A DNA stretch of 64,000 nt from an uncultured virus (IMG/VR IMGVR_UViG_3300020499_000002) (IMGVR_UViG_3300020499_000002), one strand, 5' to 3'. Counted from the stretch's first letter, positions 14,972-25,543 are shown. The notes: generated by a model from the letters alone, not told the origin. Numbers and translations: made by a program.

Positions 14972-16978
14972 TTAACCCCAAGACATATTCTTTTTATAAT
15001 TTTTCATCTCTTCATAATGATTACCGCCAAGCATACTAGCCCAATCTGGCCATTCAATATCTCCTGGCATATTATAAGCAAACCCTGATTGATTTGTAGC
15101 AGTCATTCTATTTGGTTCTACATTAACTTGAGGATTAAAGAAAGAACCTTGAGCTTCTTGTATTGTTTGTTCTGTTGCTTGAGATGTTACTGCTGCTTGA
15201 TTGAGCATTTGAGCGTTTAATGCAGGCATCGATGGCGTTGAAACTAATTCAGATTGAATAGCAGATGTAATCATTGGTAGAAGCATACCAACTATACCAC
15301 CAATTCCTCCTCCCATCATTCCTGGCATCATACCCATCATTTGACCCATCATATTTGCGCCAGCTGGAGGAGCTGAGATACCCGAAGATATGGGTGCTTG
15401 TGCTACTGGTTCTGCAGCCGCCATAGGTGATGCTGCAGGAGGTGCCATAGATGTCGTAGTTCCTACTGCTGGTGTTGCACCTTGTAATGCTCTTTGTTCT
15501 GGGGTTCCTGCTACTTGATACGTATCTGGAACCGATGGCGCACCACCTTTTGGTATTTCAGCATGTAAATGGTTATTATGACCAGCTGCTGCGTATGGTC
15601 CGCTTTCTCTCCAATAAACTTTATATCCAAGTCTAGTCAATTGTTCGGCTAATTGATCGAACTTGGCTCCCATAACAGGATCTCTCGCTTCAACATTACC
15701 TTCTCCGAAATTGATGTCAATTGCTCTACCTTCATAATGAGCTTTGCCTTTATGAACTGGTTTTACACCACCAAATTGTGGATGTTCAGAAATGCGCATT
15801 CCCATTTTTTCTAGAGCATGTCCAAGAGCTACTACGTCTCCTGCAGGCAAAGAAGCGCCAACTTGTTCGCCATGGCCATGACCTTCATGAGCTACGCCGC
15901 TAATTGGCCCATGGCCGCCTTCTTTACCTATACGTTCTGTACGAGGATCGTTGGCAGAAGGAATGACTTCAGGCGTTGATACTGGGGTGGCTGTTGGAGT
16001 GGATGTTGGGGTGGTGCCACCAGAAGGCGTAGAAGTTGTTTTATTGTCTTGCGGCGAACTTTTAGCTAACGCTGCAGCATTAGCCATCCTTTGGCCTAAA
16101 TGTTGATGCGTTGATCTTTCGTAACCATAATCGATTGCTCTTGCTGCTTCTATTGCTGTAGAAGCAGATTTAAGCATTTGACCAGCACGTTTTTCAGTAT
16201 TCATTAATTCCCATTGAACGAACTCTAACTGTTGTTTAAAGTTAGATTGTCTAATAGGAATTCCCATTACTTGTTGGAACTTAGCTTGTCTATCTGGATG
16301 CCATTGAGCAATTCCGTATGCTTGACCGTTATCACCCACAGCATTAGTTCTTAAACTTTTTCCTGATTCTACTTGGAGATTGCCGACAATGCCAGCTGCC
16401 TGTTCTTTTGACCAACCTTTTGATTGGAAGAAAGACATTGCTTCTGAAGAGCTTCCAGATTCACCAACCCCTGGACCTATTGCACCGCCACCACCAGCGG
16501 TTGAAAGCGCTGCCATTCCTCCACCAGCAACTGCAGCGCCAATACCTAATGTGGCTAATTGTTTTGCGAAATCCGAACTTAGATTAGTAATACTTCCTAG
16601 CAAACCACTGCTGCTAGTATTCATGATATTGCGATTTAGACTTTCAATATCACCACTAAGAGTACGAGTGTTTCTGGTTACATTACTAATTTCAGTGCGC
16701 ATAGAATTTTGAATTTCTAAAGACTCTCTGAATAGAGAATTTAGGCTATCAATTTTATTGCCTGTTTGCTGAGACTCTGAAACCATCTCTTCAAGCACAT
16801 TATGAAGATCCGCAATATCTTCTCTTTGTGATTTGAAGGTTGTAGAAATATCTTTGACAATTCTACTTAAATTGGCATTACTAGCATTGGCTGCTTGACG
16901 AAACTCGCCTGCAGTCTCCATGCCGGCATTTCTAATGCCTCTAGTTATCGCCGATAATTCTTCTGCTTCTATGGCCAT
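14972..16978 (-). CDS. tape measure / baseplate hub protein (gp29-like) with tail-lysozyme and peptidase domains
   Basis: coiled-coil N-terminus; AAGIVGNLQVESG...YGIAQW lysozyme; H..GRAIDI...HNNHLH peptidase M15-like; next to gp51/gp26. Confidence 0.75.
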   Translation of the reverse strand: MAIEAEELSAITRGIRNAGMETAGEFRQAANASNANLSRIVKDISTTFKSQREDIADLHNVLEEMVSESQQTGNKIDSLNSLFRESLEIQNSMRTEISNVTRNTRTLSGDIESLNRNIMNTSSSGLLGSITNLSSDFAKQLATLGIGAAVAGGGMAALSTAGGGGAIGPGVGESGSSSEAMSFFQSKGWSKEQAAGIVGNLQVESGKSLRTNAVGDNGQAYGIAQWHPDRQAKFQQVMGIPIRQSNFKQQLEFVQWELMNTEKRAGQMLKSASTAIEAARAIDYGYERSTHQHLGQRMANAAALAKSSPQDNKTTSTPSGGTTPTSTPTATPVSTPEVIPSANDPRTERIGKEGGHGPISGVAHEGHGHGEQVGASLPAGDVVALGHALEKMGMRISEHPQFGGVKPVHKGKAHYEGRAIDINFGEGNVEARDPVMGAKFDQLAEQLTRLGYKVYWRESGPYAAAGHNNHLHAEIPKGGAPSVPDTYQVAGTPEQRALQGATPAVGTTTSMAPPAASPMAAAEPVAQAPISSGISAPPAGANMMGQMMGMMPGMMGGGIGGIVGMLLPMITSAIQSELVSTPSMPALNAQMLNQAAVTSQATEQTIQEAQGSFFNPQVNVEPNRMTATNQSGFAYNMPGDIEWPDWASMLGGNHYEEMKNYKKNMSWG

Positions 16979-16981
16979 TTG

Positions 16982-17164
16982 TTATCCGTTAGTTTTCTTT
17001 TTAGCTTCTTCTACTTCTTTCAAGTAGTTGACTAGCATTTGAACATATATGTCTCTCTCAAAGGGCATCATAGATTCTATTTCACTAATTGAGTATTTAT
17101 GGTGCTGAGCCAAAGAAAATACAGTCGCATAATAGTTAGATAGCGTATTATGACTCAGCGCCAC
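16982..17164 (-). CDS. 51: baseplate hub assembly catalyst gp51
   Basis: FSLAQHHKYSISEIESMMPFERDIYV. Confidence 0.9.
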   Translation of the reverse strand: MALSHNTLSNYYATVFSLAQHHKYSISEIESMMPFERDIYVQMLVNYLKEVEEAKKKTNG

Positions 17165-17865
17165 GTAAAAAAATCATTTAACGAAGACAACACGATTTCC
17201 CGATCGTTCCCAAGTTCGTTTTGGTATAAAATCTTATATTCCATTCTGGGAACATTTAATAGAAAGTTTTGAACTTGTTCAAATGTCTTGATATTTAAAT
17301 TTTCAAGAAACTCGTTCAATTCTTCTCTTTTATAATCTTTACATTCATAAATCTGATCTTCAAAATAGATAGATTCGATACATCTGATAATTAGCTCAAA
17401 CATATAATCTTTTTCTAGATTTAGAAAATCTTTGTCATCGTATAACGCAGCTGAAGGATATTTCATGATTATCCCTGACTGCGGAGTTATCTTAATCTTG
17501 TTTTCCATTTTTTTGGGATAGTTGACTTTAACTTCTTCTAAATTGATTTCGAAGTCATATACTTTTTTATCCTCTGAATCTCTATATGATACCTTTACTA
17601 TGTTATCAACTGATACTGATCTTAATTTTAAGAAAATGTATTCAAGATCAAATAATGCTAGTTTGCTAACATCTAATTTTGGGTCAACGGAACAATTATT
17701 GACTACCTGTTTAATAGCAGAAAGGATGTCAGCTGAATTATCGCTTTCCTTTGCCATCAACAATAATTTTTCTTCTTTGACTAAAAAAGGTCTAAACTGA
17801 AAGTCTTTTTTCAGAGATGGTACATTTATTTTATATACAGGATAATCAATTTTCGGTAATGACAT
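17155..17865 (-). CDS. 26: baseplate hub subunit gp26
   Basis: MSLPKI..P.Y...PS....FRPFLVKEEKLLLMA...FDLEYIFLKLRS.SV. Confidence 0.93.
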   Translation of the reverse strand: MSLPKIDYPVYKINVPSLKKDFQFRPFLVKEEKLLLMAKESDNSADILSAIKQVVNNCSVDPKLDVSKLALFDLEYIFLKLRSVSVDNIVKVSYRDSEDKKVYDFEINLEEVKVNYPKKMENKIKITPQSGIIMKYPSAALYDDKDFLNLEKDYMFELIIRCIESIYFEDQIYECKDYKREELNEFLENLNIKTFEQVQNFLLNVPRMEYKILYQNELGNDREIVLSSLNDFFTWR

Positions 17866-17880
17866 TAATATACTCCATTA

Positions 17881-18546
17881 TTAAATTGTCACAGAGCTCC
17901 TTGCAGTCCCTGATGATAGATTAGTTCTTTGTTGTGAATTAGTTGGCTGTATTGAAGAGTTTTCTATTGTATATTCTGTGTAAGCAATAGAGACATTGAT
18001 TTTTAGAAGATTTGAATCGCCCCAAGAGAGAGGAAATTCTCTGATAGCTGTAGGAAAGGCGTCAAAAAGATTTATTTTTTGAACTATGTTACCATAATGG
18101 TCGTAAATGAAAATAACCATAGTGGTGGCATAGTTTTCTTTATAATCTGCAGTATAATTTGGCGTAGAATTATTTGCAGTTGAACCGTTATATTGAAAAA
18201 TAGCTCTAGTCCATTGATACCAATATTGCCAAAATTCGCAATAATGATCGCCAAGCATAGAAATAGATACTTCTTGAAATTGAGCGCTTATTGGCATTTT
18301 TTGAGTTGGACCTATACCAAATCGATTAATATCCGCTGTCATTATAGAAATACCAGGAGCTCTTACTTGATCTATTCTGAACTCCATGTTTTTAGCAATT
18401 TTATAAATGGCTGTAGGAGTGCCCTGATTACTAAGAACAGCGTTTGACAAAACTCGAGGAGTTTGTATCAAAACTGAGAATGCATTATTGTCTAGATAGC
18501 CAAAATCTCTTAAATTTGTTTGATAGGCGTTTATGTTAAATGGCAT
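17881..18546 (-). CDS. 54: baseplate tail-tube initiator gp54-like
   Basis: tube-fold motifs (L.DAFP.AI....LSW.....KINV...Y); position in module. Confidence 0.7.
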   Translation of the reverse strand: MPFNINAYQTNLRDFGYLDNNAFSVLIQTPRVLSNAVLSNQGTPTAIYKIAKNMEFRIDQVRAPGISIMTADINRFGIGPTQKMPISAQFQEVSISMLGDHYCEFWQYWYQWTRAIFQYNGSTANNSTPNYTADYKENYATTMVIFIYDHYGNIVQKINLFDAFPTAIREFPLSWGDSNLLKINVSIAYTEYTIENSSIQPTNSQQRTNLSSGTARSSVTI

Positions 18547-18554
18547 TTTTCTTC

Positions 18555-19130
18555 CTAGTAAGGTGGTGAACCAGCATATCTTCTATTACTATTAATTTTC
18601 CATCTTTGAAGCGGTAACACAGCAGCCTTTTCCCAGTCAGAAGGGTCAACTTCATGAAAAGAACTTCTAACGTGCGAAAAAAGATATCTTTTTATGCAAC
18701 CTTCAACGCCTTTTAATTGATTAGAGTAACCTTTTAAAAACTCATAAGATATACTTAATCTCTTATTCTTATTATATTTATTTTCATCGGTCAAATCTAT
18801 CAGAGAATTTAATATTTTAATTCTGGCCAAAGGAGGTAGGTAATGAAGATTGATTCCTAAAAAACCATCTAGATACATTTCAACTGGTAGGGTCAGTGGA
18901 AACATATCGTAAAACGGTAAAGTGTTTTTGTATTTGGGATCATAAAGATAAAGAAACATTCCGCCTATAAAAGGCATAGATGATTTTCTAAAAATTTTAT
19001 TAGGATCAGCTTTTGTTTTATTTGCCTTCAGATCTTCGACAGAGGAAGAAAACCAATCTTGGGCTGTAGTTGATTTGTCTGCTATAGCCCTGGAACTGGC
19101 TTTCAGAAGATCATTAAAAGTATTTGGCAT
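18555..19130 (-). CDS. 2: DNA end protector gp2
   Basis: YDPKYK.TLPFYD.FPL...GFLGINLHYLPP. Confidence 0.93.
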   Translation of the reverse strand: MPNTFNDLLKASSRAIADKSTTAQDWFSSSVEDLKANKTKADPNKIFRKSSMPFIGGMFLYLYDPKYKNTLPFYDMFPLTLPVEMYLDGFLGINLHYLPPLARIKILNSLIDLTDENKYNKNKRLSISYEFLKGYSNQLKGVEGCIKRYLFSHVRSSFHEVDPSDWEKAAVLPLQRWKINSNRRYAGSPPY

Positions 19131-19576
19131 TAAAACATGAGTCCTAGCTCTTTTTCAGTTATGATTTCAAATTCATAACCTCTGTCTCTACAAAATTCTC
19201 TGGCAGCTTTCCATTTTGCTGAATTTACACCCCAAGTCATAACTTCATTAACATATTTCCGAGACTTTCTTTTACCTTCAGTAATAGTTGGAGGTAAAGT
19301 CTGGGCATAAGGTTTTATTTCAATTACTATAGTTTTGGTACCTTCTTTAGTTTTTTTCCTGACTACAAAATCAGGATAATACCTATGGACTCTATTGTCC
19401 ACTGGAGATCTATAAGGAATTATAGTCTCTTCGCTCTGCCACCAAATAACGTCTGGATCTTTATCCAGCCTAGCCATATACACAAATTCCCATCTACTTC
19501 TGTAGACAATATTTGAAGAATCGCCTTTGTATTTATCAGGGTTTATGGGTTTAAAGTAACCTTTATATGTTGCCAT
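19130..19576 (-). CDS. 4: head completion nuclease gp4
   Basis: YKG.FKP.NP.KYKGD...IVYRS.WE...HRYYPDF...IEIKP..Q. Confidence 0.95.
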   Translation of the reverse strand: MATYKGYFKPINPDKYKGDSSNIVYRSRWEFVYMARLDKDPDVIWWQSEETIIPYRSPVDNRVHRYYPDFVVRKKTKEGTKTIVIEIKPYAQTLPPTITEGKRKSRKYVNEVMTWGVNSAKWKAAREFCRDRGYEFEIITEKELGLMF

Positions 19577-19590
19577 CTTGATACAGTTTA

Positions 19591-19620
19591 AATAAATAAA
19601 GTAAAGTAGTAATATTTATT
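19591..19620. promoter_or_regulatory. divergent late-type promoters between genes 4 and 48
   Basis: AATAAATA on + (19591) and on - (19613-19620), each one mismatch from TATAAATA. Confidence 0.55.
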
Positions 19621-19638
19621 ACAAGATTAAGGGATACT

Positions 19639-20400
19639 ATGGCTCTAACACAGAACTTTCCGCAGCCGCCCGGAAGATTTAACAGACAATCAAGAACATT
19701 TCCTGAAGACTTAATTCAGTCTAATAGAGGATTTTACACGAATATCAGTCTTGTTAATTATGAATACAGTCTAGTATCAAACGGTTTAGGAGCTATCTCT
19801 TATGGTGGCGGATTCAAACTACCAATCCCTAGAAGATTAAATGATAATGAAGTTATTTTATGGGAAGAATGGAGCGGCATTAATGCAATTCAACAAGGAT
19901 TAACTACACTTGGTTCTTATCTACCTGGAGCTAATCAATTAAATACTCTTGCTAATGCTGGTCTTGCTGGCATAGAAATAGGTGGAATGTTTGGCACCGG
20001 CGTGCCAGGTATTTCTCAAGGAGGAGAAACTGTTAGTCCATTTATGTATATGATGTATAAAAGGCCCGGATTCAAAGAATTCACGTTAAGCTGGACTTTG
20101 GCGCCAAATACCGAAAGCGAATCTGATACATTATTGAGTATAATAAAAGAATGTAAAAAGGCTGCATTACCTAGTATTGGTAGTGCTTGGGGGTTACAAA
20201 AGTATCCTAAAATCGCTCTGGTCTCATTTAAGCCAGAAAAGTATCTGTTTAAACTGAAGCCATGTGCGATCATTTCAGTGCAAGTAGATTATAATGGTTC
20301 TGGTACTCCATCTTTCTTTAAAAGCGGCGCACCAACAATAATAAATCTAACATTACAATTGAAAGAAATCCAACTTTGGACTTCTGAAGAAATTACATAA
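19639..20400 (+). CDS. 48: baseplate tail-tube cap gp48
   Basis: P.....Y..P.FKEFTLSW.LAP....ES...C.I.SV.VDY...G.P....LTLQLKEI. Confidence 0.85.
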   Translation: MALTQNFPQPPGRFNRQSRTFPEDLIQSNRGFYTNISLVNYEYSLVSNGLGAISYGGGFKLPIPRRLNDNEVILWEEWSGINAIQQGLTTLGSYLPGANQLNTLANAGLAGIEIGGMFGTGVPGISQGGETVSPFMYMMYKRPGFKEFTLSWTLAPNTESESDTLLSIIKECKKAALPSIGSAWGLQKYPKIALVSFKPEKYLFKLKPCAIISVQVDYNGSGTPSFFKSGAPTIINLTLQLKEIQLWTSEEIT

Positions 20401-20411
20401 AAGAGCAAGAA

Positions 20412-21287
20412 ATGCCACAAAGATATTTCGACAAATTTCCTGTAATCACCTATGCCAATAATCAGGCTATAGATATTACTAGACGTGTCACAGTTTTAGA
20501 TAAAATTGAAAACATACCATTTGTGTATTATCCTTATGAGATTACTGATAACGAGAGACCAGATCAACTAAGTGCTAGATATTACGAAGATCAGTATAAA
20601 AGCTGGATCATTTACATTGTTAATAAAATAGTAGATCCATATTATGAGTGGTATTTACACGAAAGAGAAATGGTTGATTTTCTAGATAAGAAATATGGTT
20701 CGTATTATAACGCTCAAACTAAAGTCAAACATTATATGAACAATTGGGCGGACAGCGATCAAATAACAATTGGTGGATACAATGCGTTGACCGTTGGACA
20801 ACAAAGGTATTGGGAGCCTGTAATCGGTACCAATGGCAAAACTATGTCATATAAAAGAAAACAAATAGACTGGAAAACTAATACAAATAAAATTGTACAA
20901 TATAATGTTAGTAATACCTCATTTATCAAAGACGAAATTTGTTATATCAATTTTGATACTGAAAACTATGGTAGAGGTCAGGTATTATCAGTATCTAATA
21001 ATTTAGTTTCTATATGTCATGTCAGTGGAGTCTATAAAAATAGCGCAGAAGTTTCTATAACTTCAAACAGCTATATCTATGGTTCTGAAAGTTCAGTGAA
21101 TACAGTCTTTACTACTTCAACTGTAGTTTCTTCAAATATACCTGTGGATGAAGAAATATATTGGAAGCCAATTACTTATTTGCAATATGAAGAGGATAAA
21201 AATGAATTTAATAAAACTATCAGAATTTTGGATAGTAGATTGAAACAAGTAGCAGTTGACAACTTAACAGATTTATTGAGCGAATAA
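20412..21287 (+). CDS. 53: baseplate wedge gp53
   Basis: YF.KFP.I.Y...ERPDQLS..YY....WII...N.I.DPY.EW. Confidence 0.9.
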   Translation: MPQRYFDKFPVITYANNQAIDITRRVTVLDKIENIPFVYYPYEITDNERPDQLSARYYEDQYKSWIIYIVNKIVDPYYEWYLHEREMVDFLDKKYGSYYNAQTKVKHYMNNWADSDQITIGGYNALTVGQQRYWEPVIGTNGKTMSYKRKQIDWKTNTNKIVQYNVSNTSFIKDEICYINFDTENYGRGQVLSVSNNLVSICHVSGVYKNSAEVSITSNSYIYGSESSVNTVFTTSTVVSSNIPVDEEIYWKPITYLQYEEDKNEFNKTIRILDSRLKQVAVDNLTDLLSE

Positions 21288-21288
21288 C

Positions 21289-22545
21289 ATGGCTGCTGGC
21301 GATATTAAGATATCCAATGTTAAAATAGGAAATATGGAACTAACCAAGGACAAAAAGGTCTCATTGGTTGGATTCAACGTATATGAAGATATATTGAACC
21401 CATATGGTCCTGTTGGAGAGGTCAGAGTTATGGACCCATCCGATTCATTGGGCCAAAACAGAATCAACGGTTCTTATGATCAGGACGTTGAAATAAGATT
21501 TTCAGGAGATGATAGTATTTTTAGTGCCGGTGGCGGTGGCAATTTCAAATTCAAAATGTTCCAAAATAAAAATCTTAACGACCAATCACAAAACAATTTC
21601 GGTTCAGGTCACCACAAACAATATGATATTAGGTGTGTTTCTCCAGAATTTTTAAATGCTCAGGGTAATCATATTGAAAAAAGTTTCAAAGGCAAAACAA
21701 GCGAAGTTGTTGAACATATCCTTAAAGAAGGATTTAAGACCAAAAGAAAAATAGAAAAAGCTGACACTAAAGGAAATCGTAGAATTGTTATTCCTAAAAT
21801 GCATCCTTTAGATGCATTGAAAAAAATGAACACGGAACATGTTTCAGAGAAATATGAATCTTCTACATTTGCTCTTTTTCAACAGGGAGACAGTAATGGT
21901 GAACACAAATATGTATTCAAAACATTTGAAGAATTATTCGAGAAGTCTCCAGTAGTCAAATTAAGACAAACTACAAATCTAAATTTTTCTAAGGCAAATC
22001 AACAAGACAGACAAAATTCTATAATGTGGTTTAAACCATCAAAGAACTTTGATGCTGGCCCAAGAGCATTGGATAAAACCGAAGAGTATGCTGTAGATTT
22101 AACAACTCATAAGGTTGTTGCAACAAACACACAAAAACGAAATAAATTTAAGTTTGCTGACAATCAAGGAGTTTATGACAGTTCTCCTTCTTATGCTAAA
22201 TCTGCTCCTGTAAGATATATACATGATAAAGCGAATAACAAAGATAAACATACAACTTCTGAGGCCAAAACAAAAAGAGCAGCATTTTTGGCTCATTTAG
22301 CGCAGAACTCAGCAGAATTAGAAGTTTACTATAACCCTAAAATTACTTTAGGATCTATGGTTGAACTGGACATACCTAAGAAATCTAATAGCAATTGGGA
22401 AGAAGGTGAATCTCAGTTTAATGGAAAATGTCTAGTGGTTGCTATAAGAACAAAGTATAGGGTTGCGGCAGAACCACCAAACTGCACAATGATATTAAGA
22501 GTTGTTAAGGCGTCGTTCAAACGTGGCGGTGGAGGTCAGGGATAA
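21289..22545 (+). CDS. baseplate hub protein (gp27-like)
   Basis: position between gp53 and gp5; VYEDI..P...G and GKCLV.AI motifs. Confidence 0.7.
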   Translation: MAAGDIKISNVKIGNMELTKDKKVSLVGFNVYEDILNPYGPVGEVRVMDPSDSLGQNRINGSYDQDVEIRFSGDDSIFSAGGGGNFKFKMFQNKNLNDQSQNNFGSGHHKQYDIRCVSPEFLNAQGNHIEKSFKGKTSEVVEHILKEGFKTKRKIEKADTKGNRRIVIPKMHPLDALKKMNTEHVSEKYESSTFALFQQGDSNGEHKYVFKTFEELFEKSPVVKLRQTTNLNFSKANQQDRQNSIMWFKPSKNFDAGPRALDKTEEYAVDLTTHKVVATNTQKRNKFKFADNQGVYDSSPSYAKSAPVRYIHDKANNKDKHTTSEAKTKRAAFLAHLAQNSAELEVYYNPKITLGSMVELDIPKKSNSNWEEGESQFNGKCLVVAIRTKYRVAAEPPNCTMILRVVKASFKRGGGGQG

Positions 22546-22952
22546 TGTTTTATATTGCAGAAGTTAGAAATTTTGAAGATGATCCTACTAAATCAGGTCG
22601 TGTTAAAGTCAGAATTTATAACGAACATAATGATGAACAAGCAATCAAAGACGAAGAACTTCCATGGGCTATGGTAGTACAACCTATAACATCAGCTGCA
22701 ACGTCAAGAATTGGAGTTTCGCCTTCAGGATTAAAAGTGGGCTCTAGAGTATTAGTTACATATTTACCTCATGATACTGCTATGCAATATCCTATTGTTC
22801 TTGGTTCTTTGGCTCGTGGTGATATGCCAGAGGGTCACGAAGATAGTAATGGCGGCGTAGGTCAACAATCACAAGAAGCTCAAAGAAATTCTGGAGGTAA
22901 AATTAAGAAACCTGGTATTGATAATCCTGCTTGGACAAGGAAAAGTAATTAA
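22545..22952 (+). CDS. 5: gp5 N-terminal OB-fold domain as a stand-alone gene
   Basis: DDPTKSGRVKVRI...LPWA.V.QP.TSA...G.SP.GL.VGS.V...P.VLGS. Confidence 0.88.
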   Translation: MFYIAEVRNFEDDPTKSGRVKVRIYNEHNDEQAIKDEELPWAMVVQPITSAATSRIGVSPSGLKVGSRVLVTYLPHDTAMQYPIVLGSLARGDMPEGHEDSNGGVGQQSQEAQRNSGGKIKKPGIDNPAWTRKSN

Positions 22953-24427
22953 TGGCAGAAAAGGCTTTTGAGAACAATAACAAAACAGTTAGTCCGAATC
23001 ATCAGACATTAGGTGGTAAAAAACCTAAGATTAATGCTGAAGTAAAATATGCTGACGCTCCTGCAGTAAAGCCAGATGATTCTAAAACATTATCTGACGC
23101 TCGAGATAAATTTGCTCCAAATGCGGATAAGCCAACTTCTGCTTCGGCTGATAAAGGTCAAACTGATCTACCTCAATTGATGAAAAAGGTTGATCCGCAA
23201 GGAAAAGCGCAAGTTTTGCCTCAAATGTATCAGCAATTAATGCAGATGTCAAATATTTTAGGCATGGGCAGCGGCATGATGGGCGGCATGGGCGCTGGTG
23301 GTTCAGGACAAAATACACCACAAGGTATTCTACAAAATAGTGACCCAATACCTGCAGGTATAGTTACTGTAATTAACGATTCGTTTACTGGCGCTCTTGC
23401 AATTTTGTCTCTCAGATATGGGTTTGAGAGAGTCATTTTGGTATTTACTACTTTATTAGATAAAGGCGGTATAGATAGAATTGATGATAGGTTTCAGGAT
23501 ATCGTTAAGAATGGTATAGCAAATTTAATTAAAGTTGCTTTGTATTATGGGCCATTGAATATTCCTGTTTCAGTTTATGATGAAACAATTTATGGCGACA
23601 TTGTACCAGAACCTTTAGTTTCTTTAAGTAATGTGCCAGATGGATACAATAAACAATATTATGAAATTGCTGACGATCCATATCCCGGATACATAGAATG
23701 GTTATCACCAGACAAAACTGAAAAAGTTTATACCAGGAGACCGCCTGGTTCGTTTGTTTACACAACGCCAAATGAAGAGACATATTCAGTTTCTGAATTA
23801 GAAATCGCTGCCGATCTTAAGCCATACATTCAGATACAAATACCACAGCCATTATTGACGACTGATATATTAAATGAGATATTGGCCAAACAAGTTGTCA
23901 ATGTAGAGGAAAATATTACCAACAATAATATTGGTAACAACTCAAGTCAAAATAATAATAGCAGTGGTGGTGGGAATATGGGAGGTCAATTGCAATCTCT
24001 TATGCAAATGTTGCTCTCACAACAGCTACCAAAATCTGTATTGAATCAAGGCGATGTACAAAAAACAATGAATCAATTTACTAAAGATATGTCATTCAAT
24101 AATCAGTTGTTTGAATTAGGTAACCAAGCTATGGGCGGAGGAATGGGCGGCGGTCTCGGTTCTCTAGGTAACATGGGTGGTATTTCAAATATCATGAGCG
24201 GTTTCAATTCCGGTGGCGGTGGTATTTCAGGAGTGCTCGGTAATCTTGGTGGTGGTAATTTATTAGGAAGTTTTGGTGGTTTTGGTGGTGGATCAGGCGG
24301 AGGTGGCGGAGGTGCTGGTAGTGGATTCCCTGGCGCTTCTGGTGGCGGATTTTATACTGGTGGAGATGTTACTGATACTGGTAAGAAAAATATTGCTCAG
24401 ATGTTAACATTATTAGGTATAAGTTAA
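22952..24427 (+). CDS. hypothetical virion protein with Gly/Met-rich tracts, between gp5 halves
   Basis: 491 aa, coupled on both sides. Confidence 0.8.
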   Translation: MAEKAFENNNKTVSPNHQTLGGKKPKINAEVKYADAPAVKPDDSKTLSDARDKFAPNADKPTSASADKGQTDLPQLMKKVDPQGKAQVLPQMYQQLMQMSNILGMGSGMMGGMGAGGSGQNTPQGILQNSDPIPAGIVTVINDSFTGALAILSLRYGFERVILVFTTLLDKGGIDRIDDRFQDIVKNGIANLIKVALYYGPLNIPVSVYDETIYGDIVPEPLVSLSNVPDGYNKQYYEIADDPYPGYIEWLSPDKTEKVYTRRPPGSFVYTTPNEETYSVSELEIAADLKPYIQIQIPQPLLTTDILNEILAKQVVNVEENITNNNIGNNSSQNNNSSGGGNMGGQLQSLMQMLLSQQLPKSVLNQGDVQKTMNQFTKDMSFNNQLFELGNQAMGGGMGGGLGSLGNMGGISNIMSGFNSGGGGISGVLGNLGGGNLLGSFGGFGGGSGGGGGGAGSGFPGASGGGFYTGGDVTDTGKKNIAQMLTLLGIS

Positions 24428-25245
24428 TGGTAGATCATAATAAAAAAGTTCCAAAATCAGCACTAGACGAAAACGAGATTGAACCAAAATATGGTTATGT
24501 TCATGGAGAATGGGACGCACTTGGCGGACACCATTTAGTATATCGTAATCCAGAAGAACACGAAAAATCATATTCAGAGTCATTAACTCCCAGTGGAAGT
24601 TACCAGATAACTCATCATGATCAAAAGAAAAAAGAGATACACACAGCAGTAAATCCTGGAGAACATAGAGCTTATGTTGGTGGTGGTAAATCAATTCAAG
24701 TAGACGGTCATTTCGATCACAATGGTGAAAAAACTGGTAGAATGGAACACGGTGATGATTTTGGTCAAACTACTGGTAAAAATTACTATAGAGGAACTGG
24801 CAAAAAAGAATTCAAAATGTCTGGAGATTCCAGATATAATGGTGTTCAAAAAGGTTCGGCTCCTGTTCATTGTAATGTTGATGCAGGAACAAATAGAAAT
24901 AGAGTGAAAGGCGATAGGTTTCACGCCACAGAAGGCGATTATGTTTCTATGGGCGAGAAGAAAAAAATTGAAGTCTTTCAAAAAGACGTTTCAATGTATG
25001 CAGGTGCCAATCATGATGTATTCGTTAAAGAAAAAGGTAAAATAGAAACAGGTAGCACGATGTTAGTGCAGACCGGATCTACAGCTACTGTAAATTCTGC
25101 CTCTGACGCTCTTGTTAAAGCAGCAACAGAAATTACAGTGGATGCTGGTTCTAAGATAACTTTAAAAGTCGGTGGTTCTAGTATTGTCATTGAAAGCGGT
25201 TCTATTACTATCAAGTCCGCAAGTATTAAGTTTGAACAAGGTTAA
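24427..25245 (+). CDS. gp5 C-terminal beta-helix spike domain
   Basis: PKYGYVH...TPSGSY and C-terminal ITLKVGGSSIVIESGSITIK as in VgrG/gp5 tips. Confidence 0.75.
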   Translation: MVDHNKKVPKSALDENEIEPKYGYVHGEWDALGGHHLVYRNPEEHEKSYSESLTPSGSYQITHHDQKKKEIHTAVNPGEHRAYVGGGKSIQVDGHFDHNGEKTGRMEHGDDFGQTTGKNYYRGTGKKEFKMSGDSRYNGVQKGSAPVHCNVDAGTNRNRVKGDRFHATEGDYVSMGEKKKIEVFQKDVSMYAGANHDVFVKEKGKIETGSTMLVQTGSTATVNSASDALVKAATEITVDAGSKITLKVGGSSIVIESGSITIKSASIKFEQG

Positions 25246-25253
25246 ATAGTTAG

Positions 25254-25541
25254 ATGGCTCAAGCACATAGACAAGACGATCAGAGATCTTGTGGGGCTAC
25301 TACAATAGTTAGTGGTCAAAGTTTTGTTACTATTGACGGTAAATTATGGGCTGTAGAGAATGATCAAAATACTCATGGCGCTGGCGGTTTGATTGCTAGT
25401 AAATCGTATATTACGATTGGTGGTAAAAAGATTATAGTTGTGAATGATAGTGCTAATCAAGATAATTTATGTCCAACGGCTGGAGGAGAACATTGTAATC
25501 CAAAGGCTTCATCCGGAAGTAGCTTAGTAGACGTAGGATAA
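25254..25541 (+). CDS. PAAR-like spike tip (gp5.4-like)
   Basis: HR.DD.RSCGA...V.I.GK...H...HC.P.ASSGS..V. Confidence 0.85.
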   Translation: MAQAHRQDDQRSCGATTIVSGQSFVTIDGKLWAVENDQNTHGAGGLIASKSYITIGGKKIIVVNDSANQDNLCPTAGGEHCNPKASSGSSLVDVG

Positions 25542-25543
25542 AA

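Noticed and set aside
19130..19576. TnsA-like nuclease motif suggesting a transposon
   Set aside because: It is T4 gp4 in normal synteny with gp2 and gp48; no transposon ends.
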